Source: Paragordius varius
Taxonomy: Eukaryota; Animalia; Nematomorpha
DNA: 64,000 nt
Reading direction: 5' to 3'
NCBI GenBank assembly: GCA_964247055.1
Contig: OZ176055.1
Location: 9,362,001-9,426,000 of the forward strand
The notes under the pieces were generated by a model. The model was not told the origin of the DNA, did no database searches, and was given only the letters and a program-made list of their open reading frames with translations. A program made the position numbers and the translations under genes. Positions 44,101 to 60,729 of the stretch are shown piece by piece. Positions within the stretch are counted from its first letter, which is position 1. Every line of letters starts with the position of its first letter.

Positions 44101-45641
44101 TTTGTTTAGTTGATTAAACCTATATATAGCGAACACATTAAACCCAGTAGTTTTTAAATTGATATGCCCGTTTAAAACAAATATTAGCTTATGGTACCCG
44201 TTTAAAACATAATATTAGCTTATGGTACCCGTTTAAAACAAATATTAGCTTATGATACCCGTTTTAAACATAATATTAGCTTATGGTACCCGTTTAAAAC
44301 AAATATTAGCTCATGGTATCTATATACTAACTTTGTAAAATAAATTTTATTTTATGTGTAAATAAATATTTTTTGTTTTTTAACATCTCGATAGGGGTCT
44401 CATAACGCCCAGCGGTCTAATATCTACGCCCGTTCTAATCGGGCCAGGAGGTGGTACAGTTAGTGGTATAAGTTCATCCGTCCTTTTAGCCCAAACACCA
44501 GAAGCTGCCTTGGAACTTAGAAAACGTAAAATTGAACGCGAAATGGAAATGGGAAGTGAGGAACAACCAACCCTGTACAAAATTATCCCACAAAAAACGG
44601 TCAGTAGTGGTGATGTAGCAGCGCAAGAGGGAGTTTTAGCTGGACCCATTTATGATATATCTGCAGTGGTATAACAAATTTTTGATGAGTAATATTAATA
44701 ATTTTTATTGCAATATTATTGGGTGGGGTGAATAAAAATAAGGAATTCCTTAAAAGGAATAACCATGTATAAGGGTGAGCTTCCCACAGAAGAGGGTAGT
44801 TTTAGCTGGACCCATTTACGATATTTGTGCAGTGGTATAAAATTTTGGTTTTGAGTAATATTAATATTGGGTGGAGTGAATAAAAATAAGGAATTCCTTA
44901 ACAAGAATAACCATGTATAAGGGTGAGCTTACTGGAAAAGAGGGGATTTAAGTAATGCCTATTTACGATATTTTTACAGTAATAATAAAATTTTGTTTCG
45001 ATAATTTTTGATGCGTAATATACCAGTAATAATTAATAAACTTTATTGTATTAAATTGTGTAAAATTTAAATCTCACCGAAGTAAAATGCGAATATCCTA
45101 AAATATTTTCGTTATAATTTTTATTATTTTCAGGGGGAAAAGAATATACAATATTATATAATTAATTTAAACTATTTTTGTTAATTTTAAAATTTTTGAT
45201 ACCATATTGATGGTTGATTAAAAATTAGAAATTCCGTAATACATTTTAATGTGACAATTTTGTTTGAAATTTAGTTATCAAAAAACATTTTGTAAAATTT
45301 TTTTCTTTTTTATGTTGAAATATAAGGACTCCTTTATTTAAATTGAGACAATGTCATACAAATATACATTGACTCACGTGTTAAAACCCGAGTGTTCAAA
45401 TAAGTCATATATTTCCAAACATGATTTAACCAAAATTTTTGATGCAATTTATATTAGTTTTACTCATAAATTATTCTTGAAAAAAAAATTATTAAATTTT
45501 CTATCTTATATTTCATAAACCAAGGTGCCTTCTGCCAAACGCGAAAAGATTGCTAAAGAAGACGATATGAAATCAGGGACCTCGTCATCCTCCAACACCG
45601 CCACGTCCACAGGAAAGAAATACAAGGAATTCAAATTTTAA
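37621..45641 (+). CDS. SF3B2: Splicing factor 3B subunit 2 (SAP145/Cus1), ~585 aa
   Basis: Exons 37621-37659, 37684-37775, 37801-37879, 37955-38013, 38046-38160, 38532-38711, 39398-39550, 40557-40657, 40738-40786, 41452-41541, 42285-42500, 43113-43306, 44395-44668, 45525-45641. Motifs RNTVPVPRHW, RPKMGKIDIDYQKLHDAFFKWQTKP, PPPWLIAMQRYGPPPSYP, WGKPPVDEFGRPLYGDVF, KKYKEFKF*. Confidence 0.93.
39575..39765. repeat. Foldback inverted repeat (~45-bp core arms), probable MITE
   Basis: CTCGTAAAATTTATTAAATTCAAACTCTTTCCAAAATTTTCGAT is mirrored by ATCGAAAATTTTGGATATAGTTTGAATTAAATAAATTTTACGCGAG. Confidence 0.6.
40813..41077. mobile_element. MITE family A copy
   Basis: TAGCATTTACAATTCG...TTGTAATTGGTA; SF3B2 intron. 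Confidence 0.8.
41724..42007. mobile_element. MITE family C, well-preserved copy
   Basis: TA|CAGTAAAAACTGAAATTATACGGACAAAACG...CGTTTTGTCCGTATAATTTTATTTTTACTG|TA. Confidence 0.9.
43552..43823. mobile_element. MITE family A copy
   Basis: TATCACTTACAGTTCACATTCA...GAATTGTAAATGATA. Confidence 0.75.
44167..44318. repeat. Minisatellite, five units alternating 30/31 bp
   Basis: CCCGTTTAAAACA(T)AATATTAGCTTATGGTA; the extra T is present in units 2 and 4 only. Confidence 0.9.
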
Positions 45642-45723
45642 TTTATAGAAAACAATGTATACTTACTTTTACACATTAGAATTGTAAAAATAAAGCAAAA
45701 AATGTTATTGGTATTTTTATGTT

Positions 45724-49918
<4,195 letters not shown>

Positions 49919-49960
49919 ATCTGAAGAAATCCAACAAATGAGTGTATGATATGACGCGTG

Positions 49961-50795
49961 ATGAACTTTTTTATCGATAAAAAATTTATTTCATTTTCTA
50001 CCAAAGTATATAAGAGGAACCCAGTGTATTATACTGTATCCACAAAAGCCCCGAACCCAAAACATACCAAAAAAACTTATAGGCCACGTATAAAACAATT
50101 TTTTTATATCCTAGCTGGTAATGCCGCCTCTGTTTTTTGTTTTATTGAAGAAAAGTTAGGAAAGCCTAAAATTTACAAAGAAGCCATTGCTCAATTGGTT
50201 GTACCTGATTTAACCAATTTTACAGTATATTTTTTTATTAAACCCTTTAATTTTTTATTTTATATGTATAGCACTGTTATAATCTTATATCCGTTTAAAT
50301 CTAAACCATTAAATTTCTTCTTGTTAATTCTTATATATATATATATATATATAAAGTATTTATAAATTAAATAAAATTCTGGCCCACCTGGTATTAAATG
50401 CGCTCGACTTTATTTTTATTACAAATATATAATTTTAGTATACATTATTTTATGGATGAACCTTGCTGCTTTGCCAAAAATTTTGATAAATTTTAAATTT
50501 TTATCGTGTTTTAACCTAAGCATTTTGGTATTAATTACTAAACAAACTAACTAATCATATAATTAGAAAGCAGAATTTATAGCGAAAATTATATTTTTAT
50601 CTTTAGTTAAAACCATACCTTTCGTATCGAACCAACACAGTTATTCAACACGAATTAAAACCAAAGAATTTGTTTGAATCATGTTATGCAAAAGATTACA
50701 CTGAACATTGTATTAAACATTTTAATGATGGGAATATTGAACTCCTACAAAATGAATACAAATCATTGATGCCTTCTGAAACTGAGTCTAAATAA
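49961..50795 (+). CDS. MRPL41: Mitochondrial ribosomal protein mL41, ~141 aa
   Basis: Exons 49961-50087, 50115-50224, 50607-50795. KEAIAQLVVPDLTNFT|LKPYLSY matches the mL41 signature VVPDL..F.LKPYVSY. The N-terminus is basic and presequence-like. The 27-nt intron is in frame and stopless, so it is uncertain. Confidence 0.8.
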
Positions 50796-50855
50796 AATAA
50801 TTTAAAATATAAAAAACTTTAACAAATTCAGAATTTTTTTTTTCAAACTGACAAA

Positions 50856-51716
50856 ATGTTTGATCTTATCTCAATACATAACAATTTGATGGAGATTGAG
50901 GGTTTCACCCTCGTTAATCATAGTAAAAAACGTCGAAACCACTGTAATAATAAATTAAAAATGACAAAAAATTCAAAAAATATGCAAGATACTATCCAAC
51001 AATATTCTCTGCAAGATTTAGAAATATTTCATTCCAAAATACAGCAAGGAATGGAATGGATGCAAAAAACGTGGTTTTGGCGTTATAATTTCCCTTTACT
51101 AAGCGATATTATGCTATTAAAGCATTTTGAAAAAGCTCATAAACTTTTTATTAACATTGTTATATTTGGCCTGGGAAATATATTTTCCACCTATCAATCT
51201 ATGCATCAATTAATGTTTATTCAAAATATTATTCATGAATTAAATGTGGACACTCAAACAAACTATCGAGTTATTAATTATGACCCCTGTTTTTGTGAAT
51301 CAGAAAAAGGGTATTTAACTCAAACACTTGGACACATTATTTTACCCACCAACAATGATGGTAAGTGGAATTTGATGAAAGAATCTTTAAACACGAATGA
51401 AAATAATACGACTTGTAATCTCATATATATGCCACACTGTGAAAATTGGGTTCTTGAAAATTTTTTGTCAGAAAATTTCTCCAATGATTTAAAAATATCC
51501 TTCTTACCATTAATAATTATTATTTCAAATAGTTTTGAAATGATATGTCTTAATACACCTAAATTAGAGGTTAAATATCCAACCCTATTTAGGCTTAAAC
51601 AACAGAGTCAATATAGAGAAATCCCCCTAACGAATAATTACGTGTCGTTTAATGGCAAACGATATGATGATATTTTCAACGATTTATCAATACATATCAT
51701 GAAGAAAAATAAATGA
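50856..51716 (+). CDS. SRRD: SRR1-like domain protein, single exon
   Basis: 286-aa ORF with SRR1-domain motifs FGLGNI..YQSMHQL, YDPCFCESE..YL..LG, NDGKW, IYMPHC, NF, ISNSF. The second Met (50889) is an alternative start. Confidence 0.82.
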   Translation: MFDLISIHNNLMEIEGFTLVNHSKKRRNHCNNKLKMTKNSKNMQDTIQQYSLQDLEIFHSKIQQGMEWMQKTWFWRYNFPLLSDIMLLKHFEKAHKLFINIVIFGLGNIFSTYQSMHQLMFIQNIIHELNVDTQTNYRVINYDPCFCESEKGYLTQTLGHIILPTNNDGKWNLMKESLNTNENNTTCNLIYMPHCENWVLENFLSENFSNDLKISFLPLIIIISNSFEMICLNTPKLEVKYPTLFRLKQQSQYREIPLTNNYVSFNGKRYDDIFNDLSIHIMKKNK

Positions 51717-51947
51717 TAAATAATTTATTTTATTTTTCATGTTAACAAACAAACCATTAATAAAAAAATAAAAAAACTTTTATATGTGTTATTAATAATT
51801 ATTATACCATACAATATAGTTTTAACTTTAGTCATTATAAACATTAATTAATCAATTAAATCTAAATAATTCATAAATAAAATCGCAATTAATTATCTTG
51901 TGCTATTATAATGTGTTTTCGCCTTTAACGGATCGTAAATTTTTTTG

Positions 51948-54900
51948 TTAGACGACACCATTTTCCAATGAAATTTTTTGCATTTTATCATTGAGTCCAT
52001 TTTCAACAGCAGACATTTCTTTTTCTGGTTCGGAGGAGTCGTCTTCATCACTCTCTAAACACAAATAATATATATATATATATAATTCACCCTTGAACAA
52101 TTCAAATTCACCCTTGAACAATTTATATTCACCCTTGAGCAATTTATATTCACCCTTGAACATTCAAATTTATACTTGAGCAATTTATATTCACCCTTAA
52201 ACAATTTAAATTCACCTTTGAATAATTCAAATTCACCCTCAAACAATTCAAATTCACCATAAAAATAAGTTATGTGTGTGTGTTTTCGGGCTAATATAAC
52301 TCATTATTAATATATTTTAATTATTTTTTCAGTATTATTTTAATTTTAAACGATATTTATTTTTTAAAAATATAAAAAAAAATTAAGTAATTTTTAATCC
52401 TTAAAAGACACATAATTTATTTTAAGGTGAATTTAAATTGTTTAAGGTTAAATTTGAATTGTTTAGGGACGAATTTAAAGTGTAAATGGAATTATTAAAG
52501 TAAAGAGAATTAATATTGGCTTAAAACCATCGTTTAATTAGCGCGTTAGTATTTATTTATATGCAAGCAATTATGAAGTTAACTTATTGTCGCCTTTAAA
52601 TTCATATAAATTAACCATATTTTTAAACTTTATAAAATCCAACCCTGAAACTAATAATATAGCTTTTTCTAGCAATATTCGTTTGAAGTAATAAAAAAGT
52701 TTAAAAAATAATAAATTTATCATTTCAATAGAAGGAGTTTTACAATAATGCAGACAAAAAAACTATTCTATACAATATATGTATTTAATAGTTGCTTATT
52801 TCACACTTATAGTAGGGCAATTTGCAAGCGACACAGTAGTGTTTAATGGAAAAAACAACAAAATGTTGAATAAAAACAATAATTTCCTTTCTTTTTTTCC
52901 ATACACTACTGTTGTGTTGCAAATTGTCTATAGTGTTGTGTGAAATAAGCAACCATAGAAATGCATACTGTAAATGTAAATGAAAAATGATAAAAAACCC
53001 ACCTTCCTCTGCATGTATTAACCAATGAATAAATGGTTTAATTTGTTCCAAAAATATGGTTTTTCCCTTGGAAAGATGTTTCTTATTATACCATTCCATG
53101 ATTGATGCTTCATTCAATACATCTCCTATATAAAGGTAAAACAAGAATAAAAAAAATTGAAACCAATATTCCATTTACAATTTAAATTCACCCTTGAACA
53201 ATTCGAATTTACCCTTGAAAAATTTAAATTCAACCTTGAACAATTCAAATTCACCCTTCAAAAATTCAACTTCACCCTCCTAAAATAAAGTAGGTGTTTT
53301 TTAAGATTAAATATTACCTATATGTTTTTTAATAGTTTTCTAAAAATATTTTGTTTAAAATTAAAATTATACTGAAAAAATAAAAAACTTGCCATAAAGA
53401 TATTCTTTCATATTAATAATGAGTTATATTAGCCCGAAATTTATTAATTTATTTTTAGGGTATATATGGATTGCAAATGGTAGATATATATATATGTATA
53501 TATATACAGTCATGTATCCTATCAATAATTTATTTTTTTGTGTTAAATGGGTATAAATATTTGTTAAAGAATAAAAAACAAGAGCTATTTATGGTATCAA
53601 CAATACTTATTCATCAAAAAGTATAAGAATTACCATAAAGCTCTTGATTTTCCATTCTTTACCAAATATTTATACCCATTTAACGAAAAAAAAAATAAAT
53701 TTTTGATAAAATAAAGGATACATGACAGTTAATTAAAAAGAATGCAAGAAAAATTAACATGTAGTATAACCTTTGTAGAGTGTTACAACAATCTTTTGAA
53801 AAACCTTCATGAAATTCATGTTATCATAACAATACTCTTGAATCTACAAAATAAATTAATATGTATAAATGTTAAACTATTAAACAATGAAATTTTAAAA
53901 AATATTATTTCGACACTAAATAAATTATTTTAATATTTTATCACACTATAAAATATTATAAAGTCCGATTTGTGCCCATATTTACTGATCAAAAAGATTA
54001 TAGATACAAAAATACTAATATATTTTATCTTAAGAGTAGTGTTTTTGGAGTAAAAAATTTCTATACATGCCACATTTTTCAAATAATAACGGAAAATTTT
54101 AGGTTGAGTGGGAATATTGGTAAACAACACCCTTCCAATTCTTTGAAATTTAAAATTTTTTTATTAAAAACCAATAAAAAAATAATTGAAAAGAGTAAAC
54201 CCTAAACTTGATAATTTACTTTTTGAATATACCATTTACGGTTCAAATTCACCCTCAAACAATTCAAATTCACCTTCGAACAATTCAAATTCACCCTAAA
54301 AATAAATTATGTGTTTTTTTTAACTAATATAACTCATTATTAATATGAAATATATGTTTATGGTATAGTTTATTATTTTTTTCAGTATTATTTTAATTCA
54401 AAACAAATTTTTATTTTTGAAAAATATATAAAATATAGGTAATTTTCAATTTTAAAAAACATATATTTTATTTGAGGGTGATTTGAATTGTTCGAGGGTG
54501 AATTTGAATTGTTCAAGGGTGAATTTAGATTGGTCGAGGGTGAATTTGAATTGTAAATGGTATATTATTATACCCAAAAATTTGACATAATTAATGATTA
54601 AAACTTACTCTATTTAACAAATTGACTTCAATATTCGTGTCATTATGACCAAAAGCCCTGAGTAATTCGCTGTATGTGCGGATATGTCTTAATGCTTGAT
54701 CAGCTATTTGATCCTCTTTTTTATTCCATTCAACTACGCTCATAAGTGTATTCCACACCTAAGTAATAAATTGTGAAAAAAACCCATTTTAAAACAAATT
54801 TTATAGTTAAAACAAACAAATGTTTTTTTGCAAAAAAGACCCATTTTAAAACAAATTTTAAAGATGAAAAAAAAGGTTTTTGCAATAAAATTACATATTT

Positions 54901-54955
54901 ATCTTTTTCCATAGTAAATATTAAAATTATAAAGGTGAAATATAAAAAATTAAAG

Positions 54956-55019
<64 letters not shown>

Positions 55020-57295
55020 TTTCAAAGAAAGGTTGAACCTTATTTTTTTATTATAATCCCAAAGTTATAAAAACCATTTTACTGCTCTACCAATTAACAT
55101 TTGTATTAGCTTACATTTGAATAAATCAGATTTAAAAAGTTTACTGGTTATCCTTATTATAAAATAAAATTACAATCATAATTTTTACCAAAATTAATGC
55201 GCTATTATCATCAATGGATCCCACAGTCTGTAATTCTTTCAAACGTTCAATCATCTAGAAAAGTTATAATGAATTATGGTTAAAACATATATATATAAAT
55301 TGATTAAATATAAAACATAGGACCAATTTATTTTTCATTTAAAATTATTAATCTCTCATCATAAATATTAAAAAATTTAAAATCTTAACACCATTCAAGA
55401 AAGGATTATTTTAGAAGAAACAAAACAAAAGTACCCCTTTAAATAAGCACTTATGATTTCAAACCAAAAATAAAAATATATCATTTTTGGCTCTCTAAAT
55501 ACAAACAGAAGTTAAAACTAATTTTGTTCCAGTAAAAAAAATGTCAAAAATATAATTTACCATAGGAATAGTAAGGGTAATATTTCCATCATCATTTCCA
55601 GACTCAGAATTAACAAGCATACGTTTAAGACCGGCTTTAAACATTTTTTTGCCTTCATCATTCAACTGATTTCGATGCAAAGTTAGCAAAGATTCAAGAC
55701 CTGAACCGACAAAATGTTCTTCCAACACACCCATATTACGTTTATTTAACGGGAGTAAATTCTAGGTAATATCAAAATTTCTAGAGTAAAATATTAATTT
55801 CAAACCAATTTCTAGGAATACTAGTAAATGGCTTATAAAAATGATTGTAAGTATAGTTTCTATAAATTTTATATATATATTAAAAAACAAGACATTATCT
55901 TATTATATAATTTTTGAAACTTAACAGTAGGTCTTAAATTTTATTGATAACATGTTAAAATAAAGCAATATTCCTATTAAACAAAGTAAGTACTCAGATA
56001 TTCATAAGAATAATACATCTCTAAAACACTCTTAAAGCAGAAAAATCCCTAACATAAAAAAATTATTGAAAACTGTTAATGTATATACCATTAACTTATC
56101 ATCCAAATTATTTTTCTTCAGAGCATTCGTAACAGATGATGTTGACTTTTCTTGACTAATCCAAGATTTAAACAAGATTTTAGCGAAATCCATCGATAAG
56201 CCTATAATGGTAAAAAAATTTTTTATAAATAATTGTTTTATTTGGGTTTAAATAAATTTAGCTGTTAATTTAACACAATTATATGGATTACTAATTAAAA
56301 TTTTATTACATCAGTTTTAAAAAATAAGAAAAAGCAACTGATTTATTTATTTATCTAATCAATATTGTTTTCGACAAATAACATTGTCGTTTGGCAAGTA
56401 TTATGATAAGTAATTATTAATAATTTAAATAAACGGACACATTATTTTTATAGAGTTGAATTAGAATCAATCAAGGTTATTTTGATTGGTAAAAATTGAA
56501 AGCTTATTTTGACATTACTTAAGAGGGCTATAGTTGTGACAAAAACAAATTTTAAAATTCTTAGGGATATGAACCGAAAGAGTTTATGAAAAATGAAACC
56601 CAAAAAAACTGTTGTGATGTAAAAGTACTAAATAAAATTATTACCATCTTTGATCAAATGATCCTGAAACAAAGTTTCAATAATTTTCGAATTGATGACA
56701 TTGTTTTTGATCAAAATACCCAGGAATGTTGCCAACTTTTCTCTTTGAAATTCATCAAAACCTTTCAGAAAAAGTAGAACCTTTTTTGTATGGTGTTAGA
56801 TTTAAAAGATTACTTTTTTCATATCATCTTCCAAAACTTTTTCCAAATATTTATATCTGCGAATAAGCTTAACAAAAAGCTAGATATTTTAACAACCATA
56901 TATACCTGACAGAGTGCCAAATAATTTTCAACATTCATTGAGTACTCAAAAACGGAAAATTTATTAACTCCGGTTTCGGGGTCAATTACAAGCGATCCAC
57001 CAGGGGCTAATGTTAAAAAAATTTGCTTAAACCTAAAATAGCACCAGTAATTAGTATGTCAAAAAGTGTTTCTCCATATCTGTGATAATCTAACTTTGAG
57101 CCTGCACCATCTAAATATTTGAAGGCCATATCCAAATCTTGTGCATGGTTGAGAGACCCAACAACAATGTCGCGAAATACATTTGGTTCATATTTTTCTT
57201 TTTCGTCTAAATTTATATTCATAAAAACGTTCGATACCTCTTTTTCTTGTTTTGATTCTTTGTCCTGATAGCGATGGTTTGGGTAATTTACTCAT
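51948..57295 (-). CDS. BZW: eIF5-mimic protein (BZW/5MP, W2 domain), 455 aa, 12 exons
   Basis: Exons 57238-57295, 57033-57206, 56906-57006, 56814-56879, 56645-56780, 56089-56201, 55561-55761, 55189-55254, 54609-54758, 53771-53843, 53003-53125, 51948-52054 sum to 1368 nt. Motifs KPSLSGQRIKTRKRDEKE, KLDYHRYGETLFDIL, KLIRRYKYLEK, VEWNKKE, IQEYCYDN, KGKTIFLEQ...WL..AEEES. Confidence 0.95.
52084..52490. mobile_element. MITE family A copy (left TIR replaced by a TA run, left array expanded)
   Basis: About 8 subterminal units follow (TA)n; the right end is GTGTAAATGGA. Confidence 0.75.
52788..52956. mobile_element. MITE family E (~170 bp, long TIRs ATAGTTGCTTATTTCACAC...)
   Basis: Imperfect arms of about 65 bp: GTTGCTTATTTCACAC...CAGTAGTG...GGAAAAAA mirrored by TTTTTTCC..CACTACTG...GTGTGAAATAAGCAAC. 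Confidence 0.7.
53169..53728. mobile_element. Adjacent MITE family A (53169-53482) and family F (53507-53728) copies filling a BZW intron
   Basis: The two elements, separated by a TA run, occupy most of intron 53126-53770. Confidence 0.85.
54230..54562. mobile_element. MITE family A copy
   Basis: TA|TACCATTTACG...GTAAATGGTA|TA; BZW intron. Confidence 0.9.
54961..55017. repeat. (TA)n microsatellite
   Basis: Uninterrupted TA run of about 57 nt. Similar runs at 20578-20630, 41094-41123 and 47237-47268. Confidence 0.95.
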
Positions 57296-58333
57296 ACAAT
57301 AACCTGCCTACTATTTGTTGCGATGTTAAACTAATTGACAAATAAGACCTTGATTTTTTAGGTTGTAAAACCGATGCAAAAAATATAACCAAATGATTCA
57401 GCAATTAAATTAATTGATAGGTGGTAAATATTTTATAAAATACTGCAAAATTTCTACATTTAAATGATAGTATGTATATAGTGTGCTACGATTATTGAGA
57501 AGCAATATATATTTTTACAAATTTAACGTTGAGTAGAGCTTTAGCCTCTGTAAGCATCATTAGGTTAATTAACGTCGCATTTTGATTATGCCCAGCTATA
57601 ACACGGCTAAGATTACAATCTAAATTAGTGCTACTATATGAAAATAACACAAATCTGACGCATTTCCGGTTAAATATTAGACCTTATAAAAAATAAAATG
57701 TCGCAAATAGTTCACAGCCATTTTTTTAAGACACTTACACTTTAACGTATAATAGCCCGATAACTAAGATTGCGTCCATAATCGGGAAAATAAGATTATT
57801 TCGATGTAAAGATATATACTGATGTATAATGATTATCATGGCGCTTTTAGTTTTGAACCTTAGAAGAAATTTGAAAAAGTTAAATAGTGTTTATGGTAAC
57901 TGCCCCATATCGAAAAACGGTGAAATATGCCCACATTTTAATAAAAATTTGTAAAAGCATTTCAATATCATTAAAATATAATATAAACAACATTTAAAAA
58001 AGTAAAAGTTATTTTATAAAATATGAATATATGTGTACCCCAAAAGTCCCAAATTTTTTCGCTTTTTTAAAATAAGCTACTTTTTTAAAAAAATAAAAAA
58101 CGTCTGGTTCCGCGAAAGTCCAATTTATAAGGTTAGGAAATCTAAAAAGTTATTTATGAGAAAATGCACGCTTTCAAAAATTTGATTTTTACCAAAATTA
58201 AATAAAGGCGTACATCATACTATTTTGAGAAGCATGATGGAAACGGTATAAAAACCCCTTAAGATTACAAAAAGTTTTTTTCAGCATGCTTTGATTTTAG
58301 TTTTTTTTAATGCATTTAGTTTTTACTAAGATA

Positions 58334-58807
58334 TTAACACTTGGACACAAAAAATATTTCAGTCCTTTGACTCAAACTGGGGTAGTTAGATACCTGATGC
58401 CTGTTTAAATCATAAGTTGCTAAAAATATGAATTGCACTTATATAACACTAATGAAAATTCATTCAAAAATACTTGATATCACTTGTTTAGAGGTAAAAC
58501 CAAAAGTCAAAATTTAGCAAACATGACATATGTGCATAAGCTTATATAAAATAAATGCAAAATATACCACTTTTTTGTTTATATTAAAATGTAATTCTAT
58601 AAAAATGTAAACTTAATTTTAGGTTTAGAATCAAACAAAACGATATTTTATAAAAATGTTCTAAAATAATGGAATCCAACTAGTTTGATACGGAACTTTT
58701 TTTTCAAACTATATTTTATTTAGGTATTTTGGCTTATTCATATGATTCTAATTGTTTATAGAAGTATAAATTTAAATTAGAACCCCCAATTTGAATTGAA
58801 GTGTTAA
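58334..58807 (+). mobile_element. MITE family B, old degenerate copy
   Basis: TTAACACTTGGACAC...GAATTGAAGTGTTAA with diverged internal homology. Confidence 0.7.
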
Positions 58808-60729
58808 CAAAATCTGCGCAAATTTTGCCATTTTCTGATATTGAGCAATCACAAAATAATAAATAACTCTCTGCAATGACTCGAAAGGCCATAACCAAAT
58901 GCATCATGCTAATCTTGGTAAATTTCTGACAGAATATATTAATTTCATTATCACATTTTTTGTGGCTGTTAAAAAGATTATATTAAAGTATAGAATATGA
59001 CATATAAGTAGGTGACGCCCAACATAATTTAACCCATGGTATATATGAAATTTAAGCATCAGATATAAATTTTTGAGTAATGTAAGAGATAAATTTCCCC
59101 AAATAATATTTTTTGGTTAGAATAAAAATTTAATTATTATTTAAGATTTTGTGAATAGAATATTTATATAACTAATATATTTATTTGATTTTTTTTTAAT
59201 TTTTCGCGGGCCGGACAAAGAATTGAGGGTCCTATGTTCGACACCTTAATAACCATTATTTGAATTATTTTCCGTTGGTAATTGTTCGGGTCAACGCTTC
59301 TTTAGCTCATCCCTTGGATAGGGCCCTACGCTATGTTTGCGTCACCATATATAGAAGAAACGTATATTGAAGCAACTTTTCGGAATACCCATGTATGAAT
59401 TAATTCATGGCTGTAAATTTTTCCCTTTTAAACGAAATATCTTTTGTCAATGCTTTTTTATATTAACTTTGCGTAGTTGTTGGTACTGCATTATGTTTTC
59501 GATTAAACCAAATATTATGGTGTTAACGAAGTCACAGCTAAATAAAATACTAAAAGCAGGACAATACTCAAGGGCTACAAAAAGTGACTTATAATTGATC
59601 CCCTTTTAAAGGAATCAAATAAGAATAAGGCTAGAAAAATCCAGTGTTTTGCAAAACATTTTTATATAGAGGCATATTTTACACAGATTGGATCCCACAG
59701 CAGCTACTTAAAGCTCGTAGCAATAATCATTACCTTCATGAAACAAATAAGTATGTTAACGTTAAAAATGCGCATAAAAAAATAAGATTCTTATGGGCGC
59801 CCACGTTTCCCCGAAAGCTAGCCGATATTTTATCATAAGTTCCCTTTTTTACACAAACAAGGCTAAAAAAAGGCTAATCTAAATAATGGCTTAGTCACAC
59901 TCAACGCATCCCTAAAATAATCAAAAAATCCACTTATTTAAAACTGCTCAGATTTATTCGTGAAAAATATACTATTCAAACTGAATAAGCCTACGCGTTA
60001 GGAAACATGATTTAAACTCAGAATTTTGTGAAGTATTATTATTTCAAAAAACATTTTAACGCGAGGTAATTGAGCGGCTAATACAAAAAATCGGCACAGT
60101 CATTATAGGCGCCATAAATGATTAAGGATTCCACTTTGGATATCAATGGGCCCTCACGTTTTCCAAACTTGTCATAAAAGTAACCCATTTTACATTTTTA
60201 TAAATGTTATATTTAGATATACCTTATGTAACATACAATATTATGACAAATAAACGAATAGTAATTTCCAAATAACTCATTTTATATTGATAAAATAAAG
60301 TTAATCCTTAAACATTTGCACAATAAACTTTTTAGAAAACTTTTTCTTTTAAATTCCCCCTCACATAAATACCATAAAATTATCTATATTAATGGGTGGA
60401 TAAATACACTGGAATAATTATTTAATACTAAACAATTACGCATTGATGATTTAGTTGAAACGTTATTATAACAAAGAACAGTATATATTTTTATCGAATC
60501 TCCAAGGGCAGAAAATATGAAAATATAGATATATGATATAATACTAAATATTATCCGAGTACAAAATTTATTTTAAAAAATACATATTGAATCGTGATCA
60601 CAATAAAATCACAAATTATTCAGTGTCATAAAATATATAATTTATTATTATAATTTTAATATATGTAGATTTTCAAGGAATGTATAAAAAAAACTTTGTT
60701 TTAAAACAATTCATAGATAATAGTAAAAA

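Noticed and set aside
59340-59860. Possible decayed transposase in the BZW-SLC52A gap
   Set aside because: Only vague resemblance; no catalytic motif could be identified.
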